Positions 28,578 through 36,244 of a stretch of DNA of 64,000 nt are shown piece by piece. The translations under genes and the position numbers were made by a program. This DNA comes from Candidatus Comchoanobacterales bacterium (GTDB lineage Bacteria; Pseudomonadota; Gammaproteobacteria; Comchoanobacterales; Comchoanobacteraceae), in contig JBMHDW010000002.1 in the NCBI GenBank assembly GCA_049889175.1, forward strand, positions 115,172 to 179,171, read 5' to 3'. The notes below the pieces were generated by a model. It was not told the origin of the DNA and ran no database searches. It was given only the letters and a program-made list of their open reading frames with translations. The first letter of the stretch is position 1. Each line of letters opens with the position of its first letter.

Positions 28578-28609
28578 CACACAAATGGTCTTTTTTGGTC
28601 TATAAGAAA
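28578..28609 (+). promoter_or_regulatory. Diverged copy of the CACACA-N17-TATAAGAAA putative promoter upstream of A4
   Basis: cacacaaatggtcttttttggtctataagaaa. The A4 ATG lies 29 nt downstream of TATAAG. Confidence 0.45.
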
Positions 28610-28635
28610 TAATAATATAAATTAAGGAGAAAAAA

Positions 28636-29412
28636 ATGGAAGATATCATTATAGCAGGTTTATTGGGATTGTGGATAACCTATTTTTTTTATGAAACATT
28701 TATGTTTTATGTTAATTTTTATGAAACAGATGAATGGGCGAAAAAGGAAAGTCAGGTTGCTGAAATAGTAAAAATTTCTGATCTAAATGATGATGCAACT
28801 TTTACAATAAATAGTCTTGAGGCTGCTGCTCATAACTTTTCTATTCTTGAAGCTGGGAAGTTTAAATTTGATAAGGCAAGTAATATTAGCAACATTCTTA
28901 AAAAAAGAGATGAACATCTTAGAGTGATTAATGCTAAGGAAAAAGAATTAAAGCTTGATAATATTAGTGATGATACTAAAAGTCAGTTAAATAATGATAT
29001 TGAAAGGCTTACAGGTCAAGTTGATGCGTTAACTAATGAATTTTTCACCATAGTAGAAGGTAGTCATGAAATGTCTGTATCTGATTGGAGTTTAGTAATG
29101 GTTCAAACGTGTTTGTATCCCTTGATTTGGGGAAAGAATGATGATACTAAGCATTCAAAATTGATTGAACCTGAAGAAATTAAGAGATTGGCAAGTGAAC
29201 TTGAATTATCTCCTGAGGGATTTATAGGAGTCGATGAGATAACAGGCAAGCAATATTTATTGTTATACAATAGTTGTTCTGCTAGCGTTGACTACTTATA
29301 TGATGGCATTTTGAACAACAAAGGATTTTCAGCTACAGATCAAAGTAGGATCGATTTAAACCTATCTGATGAGACAATTCAGCGATTTAAAGATGCCGTT
29401 AAAGATGAGTGA
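28636..29412 (+). CDS. Family-A array gene A4 (258 aa, diverged)
   Basis: RBS aaggag. TM anchor IIIAGLLGLWITYFFY. Blocks KKRDEHLRVINAKEKELK...QLNNDIERLT and ...ITGKQYLLLYNSC...NKGFS...DLNLSDETIQRFKDAVKDE. Confidence 0.75.
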   Translation: MEDIIIAGLLGLWITYFFYETFMFYVNFYETDEWAKKESQVAEIVKISDLNDDATFTINSLEAAAHNFSILEAGKFKFDKASNISNILKKRDEHLRVINAKEKELKLDNISDDTKSQLNNDIERLTGQVDALTNEFFTIVEGSHEMSVSDWSLVMVQTCLYPLIWGKNDDTKHSKLIEPEEIKRLASELELSPEGFIGVDEITGKQYLLLYNSCSASVDYLYDGILNNKGFSATDQSRIDLNLSDETIQRFKDAVKDE

Positions 29413-29441
29413 TTATGATCTTAAAAAAGGGTTATTTTTTT

Positions 29442-29473
29442 CACACAAAGTATCTTTTTTGGTCTATAAGAAA
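29442..29473 (+). promoter_or_regulatory. Diverged copy of the CACACA-N17-TATAAGAAA putative promoter upstream of B2
   Basis: cacacaaagtatcttttttggtctataagaaa. The B2 ATG lies 26 nt downstream. Confidence 0.45.
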
Positions 29474-29496
29474 AAGTAATGTTAATGAAGGAGTTT

Positions 29497-30132
29497 ATGA
29501 TGAGAAAATTATCAATGATTATGCTGGGATCTCTAGCGATGCATACAGGTTTTGCAGATGAAAGCTGCAATTTAGATGAAAGCTTCATTTTAGATGAAAA
29601 TGACATAACAAAACATCATGACAATAGATATGAAGTTATGGAGAAAATTTATGAAGAGATCTCACTAGATGAAGTCAAGAATGATCTTATATATATCCTG
29701 ACTGGCCATGTTAGTTTAAAATATATTATCGGTTTTGCTGAAGTTAATTGTTTAAAAGAAGATGAAGCAGACAAAATAGTCCACATATCAGATTTAGATG
29801 ACTATGGAAGGAGTTCATTAGGCTTTGCTGGCTGTATCCACATGATGAGTATGGCTCATGACATTGCCAGTGAAAAAGGATATAGATTTGTAGATGATGC
29901 AAAAAAAGTTTTTGAAGATCATAGTGAAAGTTTTGATTATCAGGAAAACATACAAATAAATGCTGACCAAGTCACAGTTAGCCAGGTAAGTAGTATTATA
30001 GAACGTTGTGCCTATTCTTTGGTGGTTAATTATTGTCATTTATTAGAAAATAAAAATTTAAGTGATGGTCATAAAAATAGTCTTAAGGAGGCACATCCTG
30101 GTATAGACAGTCTTTGTCAAAAAATGAAATAA
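29497..30132 (+). CDS. Family-B array gene B2: secreted six-Cys protein
   Basis: RBS gaaggag. Signal peptide MMRKLSMIMLGSLAMHTGFA. Cys pattern is collinear with B1 (AGCIHMMSMAHDIA, RCAYSLVVNYCHLL, SLCQKM). Confidence 0.7.
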   Translation: MMRKLSMIMLGSLAMHTGFADESCNLDESFILDENDITKHHDNRYEVMEKIYEEISLDEVKNDLIYILTGHVSLKYIIGFAEVNCLKEDEADKIVHISDLDDYGRSSLGFAGCIHMMSMAHDIASEKGYRFVDDAKKVFEDHSESFDYQENIQINADQVTVSQVSSIIERCAYSLVVNYCHLLENKNLSDGHKNSLKEAHPGIDSLCQKMK

Positions 30133-30162
30133 ACCCAATGACTCATTGAGACAAAAACAAAT

Positions 30163-30187
30163 GCCCCGATTAAACGGGGCTTTTGTT
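30163..30187 (+). terminator. Intrinsic terminator after B2
   Basis: GCCCCG-ATTAAA-CGGGGC followed by TTTTGTT. Confidence 0.7.
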
Positions 30188-30226
30188 GGATCAATAGTTT
30201 ATTAAATCACAATGTTGGAGCGTTAA

Positions 30227-31144
30227 ATGACTGATACAATGAAACTAATCAACCTACTGATAGTAGCAACTATCATTTTTGTAGGGATTTGGTACTTTTA
30301 TCCCGATCATGAAGAACGTGACCAGCCATCAAAAGATGATCAGAGTGACATACAAGATAATAAAACTCACTTTGAAAAGGTATTAGAGCGTCAGTTTGAT
30401 GCATTGGTTGATTTAAAAACAACGGATCAAAATACCAGCAATAATGTCAACGCACTGGTGTTGGGTTTGATGAATATCCAGCATATGAATCAACGTCAAT
30501 TTGAACTAGAAGATATTAAGCCCTTTAGAAAAGCATTTATTGAACAAGATGGTGATGAATTAACGTTAAAAGATAAAATCAATAAGCTTGATCACAACAA
30601 CTTAAAACCAAAAGAAAAAGATCAGCTAAATCAAGATATCGAATCGTTAACTCAAAAAATAAACCAGGTTAATCAGGATTATCTTTCAGCATTTAAAGCT
30701 ATTAAAGAGATTCAGTTAACAGAGGAAGATAAATCAGCCATGGGAATGGAACAGTGTATCTTATTGCCAGGATGGGCAGTCATATTGGAAAATGGTAATC
30801 AACTGAGTGATTCATCAAAAAAGATAAAAGATCTTAATAGCAATAATATAACGATTAATGACATCAGTTCAGTTTTAGAAGCGACAAATATTTTTAATCA
30901 TGTTAAGCATCACATATCTGAAAAGAATGACCTTAAAACAAAGCTAATGGGCGATGGTTCTTCAATAATTGTCGAGACTATTTCTGGAGAAGACTATATC
31001 ACAATCTATACATCATGTATTCAAGCAGCAGACATCATGTATCAATCATTGCTAAACAATAAAGGCATTGGAAAAGGAGTATTTCCTGTGGATTTATCTT
31101 TAACATCAGAGCAAATCGAGCAATTAAAGAGTGCAGTTAAATGA
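30227..31144 (+). CDS. Family-A array gene A5 (305 aa, most diverged, longest linker)
   Basis: TM anchor LINLLIVATIIFVGIWYF. Blocks IKPFRKAF...QLNQDIESLTQKINQVNQDY and ...ISGEDYITIYTSC...NNKGIG...DLSLTSEQIEQLKSAVK. Confidence 0.72.
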   Translation: MTDTMKLINLLIVATIIFVGIWYFYPDHEERDQPSKDDQSDIQDNKTHFEKVLERQFDALVDLKTTDQNTSNNVNALVLGLMNIQHMNQRQFELEDIKPFRKAFIEQDGDELTLKDKINKLDHNNLKPKEKDQLNQDIESLTQKINQVNQDYLSAFKAIKEIQLTEEDKSAMGMEQCILLPGWAVILENGNQLSDSSKKIKDLNSNNITINDISSVLEATNIFNHVKHHISEKNDLKTKLMGDGSSIIVETISGEDYITIYTSCIQAADIMYQSLLNNKGIGKGVFPVDLSLTSEQIEQLKSAVK

Positions 31145-31175
31145 TTTAAAAAATCATGTTTTTTATAATAATTTG

Positions 31176-31181
31176 TACTAT
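31176..31181 (+). promoter_or_regulatory. Putative -10 (TACTAT) upstream of C1
   Basis: Conserved aaaaaatcatgtttttta...tttgtactata block, shared with the C2 and A1 upstream regions. Confidence 0.3.
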
Positions 31182-31210
31182 ATAGAAGATACAAATAACA
31201 GAGGTAAATT

Positions 31211-32020
31211 ATGGTAGCAAAAAAAGATACTCACAATGATTGTTGTCAACAGCATTGTTGTTCAATGATGAAAAGAGGACTAAAGATCGCAGTAGCAGGT
31301 TTATTGTTTGTTGGTATTGGACATGCAGATGATCATTTGTCTAATGAAAAATTGACTGTAACATCGATTATGAATCAAGAATTCAATTCATATATTTAAC
31401 CAATCAACGAGATTAAAAGAGTTGAGAAAGCAAAGGATAAGCCAAAAAAAGAATTACTGGATGCCATTGATCAGATTATTAATGCCAGTAAAGGAATACA
31501 AGATATTCAACATGCTCAATTAAGACACCCCCATGTAGTTCCTGTAGTTAATGAGTTTAATGACCTAATAAAACAAGGTGTTTTAGTGAATCATGTGATT
31601 CTTATTGTTGATGAGAAAGGAAAGGAAGAAACTGATAATAAGACGTCATTAGTAAAAAACTTAAAGGAAATAATTAATAAAAGCATGACATCGCAATGGC
31701 AATATCCTATTACATACAGTGATATACAAAAGTGTCTGGATATTGAAGTCCCAGATGATTTTAAAGTAGACGTTGATGGTAGTATGGTTGAGCTGACCGA
31801 TGAAGTTAAAAAGAAGTTGGCTGATAAGAGAGTTGCGTATTATAGAGATTGGAAAACAATCTTAAATAAAGGTGATGAATTAATGTTGGGAGGTTCTTTG
31901 GGATATATTGTAAATGAATGTAATAATAGAGGTCATGCATGGACAGTTTTCATTAACAGTGATGAAATGAAAGCTCATATGACTGATTATCAGAAAGAGT
32001 TATTGAAATCAGTAAAGTGA
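31211..32020 (+). pseudogene. Family-C array gene C1, interrupted by one in-frame TAA (31397-31399) and carrying a deletion in the TM region
   Basis: Collinear with C2. GAA in C2 (HIELINEIKR) is TAA here (YI*PINEIKR). ORFs 31211-31399 and 31586-32020 are in the same frame. The GWYGYNHWF segment of C2 is missing. Confidence 0.8.
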
Positions 32021-32070
32021 TTACTGCTCTTTAAGTTAAAATACCTAAAAAGGGGGGGTAAGTATTCCTG

Positions 32071-32193
32071 ATTCAAGCAGCAGACATCATGAATCAATTA
32101 TTTCTAAACAATAAAGGCATTGGAGAAGGAGTATTTCCTGTGGATTTATCTTTAAACATCAGATCAAGTCAAGCAATTAAAGAGTGCGGTTAA
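32071..32193 (+). pseudogene. Remnant of the A5 3' end created by the tandem duplication
   Basis: attcaagcagcagacatcatg...aataaaggcattgga...tttcctgtggatttatcttta... matches 31019-31144, with substitutions and a 1-nt indel. There is no start codon. Confidence 0.85.
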
Positions 32194-32230
32194 ATAATTT
32201 TAAAAAAATCATGTTTTTTATAATAATTTG

Positions 32231-32236
32231 TACTAT
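32231..32236 (+). promoter_or_regulatory. Putative -10 (TACTAT) upstream of C2
   Basis: Same conserved block as at 31176. Confidence 0.3.
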
Positions 32237-32265
32237 ATGGAAGATACAAATAACAGAGGTAAATT

Positions 32266-33093
32266 ATGGTAGCAAAAAAAGATATTCACAATGATTGTTG
32301 TCAACAGCATTGTTGTTGTCGTTCAATGATGAAGGGCGGGCTAAAGATTGCAGCAGTAGGTCTATTGGTTGTTGGTGTTGGATATGCAGGGTGGTATGGT
32401 TATAATCACTGGTTTAATGAAACATTGACTGTAACATCGATTATGGATCAACAAATCAATTCACATATTGAACTAATCAACGAGATTAAAAGAGTTGAGA
32501 AAGCAAAGGATAAGCCAAAAAAAGAATTACTGAATACAATTGATCAGATTATTAATGCCAGTAAAGGAATACAAGATATTCAACATGCTAAATTAAGACA
32601 CCCCCATGTAGTTCCTGTAGTTAATGAGGTTAACGACTTAATAAAACAAGGTGTTGTAGTGAATCATGAGATTCTTATTGTTGATGAGAAAGGAAAGGAA
32701 GAAACTGATAATAAGACGTCATTAGTGCACGCTTTAAATGATGGAATTAATAAAAGCATGACATCGCAATGGCAATATCCTATTACATACAGTGATATAC
32801 AAAAGTGTCTGGATATTGAAGCCCCAGATGATTTTAAAGTAGACGTTGATGGTAGTATGGTTGAGCTGACCGATGAAGTTAAAAAGAAGTTGGCTGATAA
32901 GAGAGTTGCGTATTATAGAGATTGGAAAACAATCTTAAATAAAGGTGATGAATTAATGTTAAGAGATTCTTTGGATAATATTCAAGAAGAATGTAATAAA
33001 AGAACGCATGCATGGATAGTTTTCATTAACAGTGATGAAATGAAAGCTCATATGACTGATTATCAGAAAGAGTTATTGAAATCAGTAAAGTGA
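32266..33093 (+). CDS. Family-C array gene C2 (275 aa): Cys-cluster N-terminus, single TM, extracytoplasmic domain
   Basis: RBS gaggt. MVAKKDIHNDCCQQHCCC followed by TM LKIAAVGLLVVGVGYAGWYGY. C-terminal tail MTDYQKELLKSVK. Confidence 0.72.
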   Translation: MVAKKDIHNDCCQQHCCCRSMMKGGLKIAAVGLLVVGVGYAGWYGYNHWFNETLTVTSIMDQQINSHIELINEIKRVEKAKDKPKKELLNTIDQIINASKGIQDIQHAKLRHPHVVPVVNEVNDLIKQGVVVNHEILIVDEKGKEETDNKTSLVHALNDGINKSMTSQWQYPITYSDIQKCLDIEAPDDFKVDVDGSMVELTDEVKKKLADKRVAYYRDWKTILNKGDELMLRDSLDNIQEECNKRTHAWIVFINSDEMKAHMTDYQKELLKSVK

Positions 33094-33124
33094 TTACTGC
33101 TCTTTAAGTTGAAATACCAAAAAA

Positions 33125-33150
33125 GGGAGGCGTTAAGCTTCCCTTTTTTT
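33125..33150 (+). terminator. Intrinsic terminator after C2
   Basis: GGGAGGC-GTTAA-GCTTCCC (one G:U pair) followed by TTTTTTT. Confidence 0.7.
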
Positions 33151-33193
33151 ATTGTTTAGATCACGTTATAATATCATTATTTTAAGGGTAACA

Positions 33194-34312
33194 ATGAATC
33201 AATTGGGTCAATACTGTACACTAACAACGTGGGGTGAGTCTCATGGCGATGCTATTGGTGGTGTTATTGATGGATTACCCTCAGGGCTTGTTATTAATAT
33301 GGACGTTATTCATGCGGATATGCAACGGCGACGGCCAGGGCAAAGAAAAGATGTTAGTGCCCGTAAAGAACCTGATCAGTTGACCATTCATTCAGGTGTT
33401 TATCTAGGCAAAACCACGGGTGCACCATTGTCTTTCAGTATTGTGAATCAAGATGTTAGATCACAAGATTATCCTCAAAAGCTCATTCGACCTGGTCATG
33501 CTGATGCAACTTATTTAGCTAAATATGGTCATTATGATCCTCGAGGTGGTGGTCGTTCTTCTGCACGTGAAACCGCTATACGCGTCGCTGCTGCCAGTAT
33601 GATCAAACAGCTGCTTAAACCGTTGGGCATCGATGTTTGGGCGTATTTATGTCAAGTTGGACCTTTTCATATGCCTGTTTTGCAGCAGCGCCCTGAAGAT
33701 GCTCAGGATGCGCTCATCAATGGATCATTTCCTTGCCCAGATCAAAAGCTATCTCAAGATATGCAAAATCATATTCAATCGCTTAAAGAGGCTGGTAATT
33801 CTTGTGGGGGCTGTGTGGGCTTTGTGATTTCAGGCTTGCCAAAAGGTTTGGGTGAGCCGGTTTATGATAAGTTTGAGGCTAGATTAGCGCAGTCAATGCT
33901 TTCGATTCCAGCCAGTAAAGGCTTTGATATCGGTCAGGGTTTTGGCGCTGCAGCTATGACAGGCTTAGCTCATAATGATTCGCCTAACGAGCATGATGGC
34001 TTTGATAGTAATGCTGCTGGTGGTTTGTTAGGTGGTATTACCAATGGTGATCCAGTGTATGGACGAGTAGCCTTTAAGCCCACATCAAGTATCAGATTGA
34101 GTCAAAAAACTATCGATTACGATGCCAAACCAACACAATTGGTTTTGCAAGGCCGTCATGATCCATGTGTGGCTGTTCGTGCAACAGTGGTGGTTGAGGC
34201 AATGTGTTGGTTAACTATTATTGATCTTTTACAGCCTTACTGGCAACAGCAATCCATGCAAAAGATGTTAGATCAACATTCAACAGCAGTCAGCCAAGAA
34301 GGATCGCTGTAA
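33194..34312 (+). CDS. aroC: Chorismate synthase
   Basis: TTWGESHG, RRRPGQ, GGGRSSARETA and GGLLGGITNG motifs. The start was set at MNQLGQY. The 3' end overlaps the convergent aroK 3' end by 40 nt. Confidence 0.92.
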   Translation: MNQLGQYCTLTTWGESHGDAIGGVIDGLPSGLVINMDVIHADMQRRRPGQRKDVSARKEPDQLTIHSGVYLGKTTGAPLSFSIVNQDVRSQDYPQKLIRPGHADATYLAKYGHYDPRGGGRSSARETAIRVAAASMIKQLLKPLGIDVWAYLCQVGPFHMPVLQQRPEDAQDALINGSFPCPDQKLSQDMQNHIQSLKEAGNSCGGCVGFVISGLPKGLGEPVYDKFEARLAQSMLSIPASKGFDIGQGFGAAAMTGLAHNDSPNEHDGFDSNAAGGLLGGITNGDPVYGRVAFKPTSSIRLSQKTIDYDAKPTQLVLQGRHDPCVAVRATVVVEAMCWLTIIDLLQPYWQQQSMQKMLDQHSTAVSQEGSL

Positions 34313-34725
34313 CGATGTGTGGCAATGGCCATGTATTGTTCATGTCGTTGTGCCCACCAAGATGACCAATCATGAGGATAGCGACCATGGTCTTGATGTA
34401 ATCGTTCGTGTGTCCAGGACATCGGTCGGTCAAGGTAAAGGCAAAAGCGACATGATTGCTTTATCCATTGTGCATTAGGTGTGAAGAGTGGTGTGCCGCC
34501 ACCGCAATCCAAAATGCCATCTTTTGATAGGTTATGTAGTTGAAGGTTTTCTAGCCACATAAAATAGTTATCACCATACTGGCGGATTATCTCTCTTGGT
34601 GACATTTCATATGTGTTATCAAGGTGAGTAACAGGGCGTTGTAAAGTTTTGCTGAGCTGTTGGCTTAGTGTGGTCTTTCCTGATCCTGGAAAGCCAATGA
34701 TGGCGATGTATACTGATTGATCCAT
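34273..34725 (-). CDS. aroK: Shikimate kinase
   Basis: P-loop IAIIGFPGSGKTTLSQQL, about 150 aa, located between aroA and aroC. Overlaps the aroA 3' end by 61 nt. Confidence 0.75.
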   Translation of the reverse strand: MDQSVYIAIIGFPGSGKTTLSQQLSKTLQRPVTHLDNTYEMSPREIIRQYGDNYFMWLENLQLHNLSKDGILDCGGGTPLFTPNAQWIKQSCRFCLYLDRPMSWTHERLHQDHGRYPHDWSSWWAQRHEQYMAIATHRYSDPSWLTAVEC

Positions 34726-35939
34726 GTGAATGTCTCTTTAAATTGTGGAAAGCTTTTATTAATGCAATGATCGTGACTTAACGGCTTTGCATCAGCGCAG
34801 ATTGAGTTAGCTAGATGTAACATCATTGCCATACGGTGATCTTGGTAATGATCTAATGATGCATGATGTAATGCTGATGGGTAAACAACCATTGTGTCAT
34901 CATGATAATCGATTGCAGCCCCCATTAAACCGAGTTGTTGTTGAATTACCTTTGGGCGATTACATTCTTTGGTTGTTGCAATACGGATGCCAGAGAACAT
35001 GCTGGGTCCTGTATCGGCTTGAGTGGCCATTAAGGCCATTAATGGTAATAAGTCAATGCTGTCATTCAAATCTGCTTGAATGGGGTCAATGATTTTTGGC
35101 GGGATGATGCTTATTTTTTGTGCATGTATTGTTATCTTAGCCCCCATTTGTTTCAAAAGCTTGATGATGGCAGTGTCGGGTTGTGACCATTGTGATAATC
35201 TATAGGGCATTGATAGGGCTTTTTGATGTAGTATTGACCACACTAACCAGTGCCCAATCAAGCCAATATCAATGGGTAAAGAGGTCTCAAAGCCATGGGT
35301 GTTGGTTTTGGGGGTGATGCGAATTGAATCCCAGTGATCTTGAACTATCTGATGGCCAAGAAAGCGTAGCCAGTCTATGGTCATTGAAATGAAAGGGCGC
35401 TCACCAGCGTGTTGCAGATTAATCGATGAAGGCGGTTGATTAGTTAGTGCAAGAACGCATAATAAAGCGCTTATCGGCTGGCTGTCTTCGCTATGAATGG
35501 TTATCGATGTGTTAGTTAAGGGCCCATGAATACTTAAAGGTGCAAAGCCTGGATGCTCTAAATACTGTATCTGTGCACCACAATCAATTAATGTATTGAC
35601 CAAAGTGGCCATAGGGCGTGTTTGGCATGATGCATCACCCGTTATGATGGTTTTGTGGGGTTGAGTGGCAGCTAGCGCACTAACAAATCTTAATAAAATA
35701 CCCGAGTTACCAGCATCTAGTTGGCTTTTAAATGGCCAGCCATTGGGCGTTACTGTTGCTGTATTGTGACTGATTTGAATCATCAATGGATCTTTAAGCA
35801 TTGAGATTAAGGTATAGACATCATCAGATAAGGTTACAGGTGTAATGTGACTTGGTGAGTCGCAAAATAGCGCCATTAAAAGAGCCCTCAATTGATGAGA
35901 TTTTGAGATGGGCATTAAGTAATGTGGTATTTGAATCAT
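34665..35939 (-). CDS. aroA: 3-phosphoshikimate 1-carboxyvinyltransferase (EPSP synthase)
   Basis: PISKSHQLRALLMA (compare LPGSKS..NR), DHRMAMM near the C-terminus, about 425 aa. Confidence 0.85.
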   Translation of the reverse strand: MIQIPHYLMPISKSHQLRALLMALFCDSPSHITPVTLSDDVYTLISMLKDPLMIQISHNTATVTPNGWPFKSQLDAGNSGILLRFVSALAATQPHKTIITGDASCQTRPMATLVNTLIDCGAQIQYLEHPGFAPLSIHGPLTNTSITIHSEDSQPISALLCVLALTNQPPSSINLQHAGERPFISMTIDWLRFLGHQIVQDHWDSIRITPKTNTHGFETSLPIDIGLIGHWLVWSILHQKALSMPYRLSQWSQPDTAIIKLLKQMGAKITIHAQKISIIPPKIIDPIQADLNDSIDLLPLMALMATQADTGPSMFSGIRIATTKECNRPKVIQQQLGLMGAAIDYHDDTMVVYPSALHHASLDHYQDHRMAMMLHLANSICADAKPLSHDHCINKSFPQFKETFTWINQYTSPSLAFQDQERPH

Positions 35940-36046
35940 GAAAGGCAGTCTAGCGATTATTATGCACTCATGCAAGTTACGTTGCTAAAGGTTTAAAAAC
36001 CATTCATCTTGAGTTAAACTGATTTTAAGATTAAATTAAGGATGTT

Positions 36047-36244
36047 TTGCTGGAAAAAGAGTTACTACAGTTGTTGGTTTGTCCTCAAACAGGAGGTCGT
36101 TTGCTGTGGTTCCCAGATCAGGCTGAGCTTGTTTCCTTAGCAGCACGTTGTGCCTATCCTGTGAAGCAAGGCGTGCCCATTTTGCTCAAAGAGCAAGCAA
36201 GACCAATTCATCAGGAGGAATATGAGTCAATTCAACGAAGATAA
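36047..36244 (+). CDS. Trm112/YcaR-family small protein (UPF0434)
   Basis: LLVCPQTGGRL...YPVKQGVPILLKEQAR is typical of the Trm112-like family. TTG start with RBS aagga. Confidence 0.75.
   Translation: MLEKELLQLLVCPQTGGRLLWFPDQAELVSLAARCAYPVKQGVPILLKEQARPIHQEEYESIQRR

Larger units (their letters stand above)
31019..33144 (+). repeat. Tandem segmental duplication, two units of about 1.05 kb (31019-32070 and 32071-about 33144)
   Basis: Each unit holds the 3' end of A5, an intergenic region with TGTACTATA, a family-C gene and a downstream hairpin region. The start codons (31211 vs 32266) are 1055 nt apart. Confidence 0.85.

Noticed and set aside
26117-29473. Regularly recurring short repeats (hairpin cassette) as a possible CRISPR array or REP/MITE element.
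   Set aside because: The repeats are about 800 nt apart and separated by protein-coding paralogs, not 30-40-nt spacers. There are no cas genes, target-site duplications or terminal inverted repeats beyond the terminator hairpin.
31586-32020. Track ORF 31586-32020 treated as an independent 144-aa gene.
   Set aside because: It is in the same frame as 31211-31399 and collinear with the middle and C-terminal part of C2. It is the downstream part of the nonsense-interrupted C1 copy.
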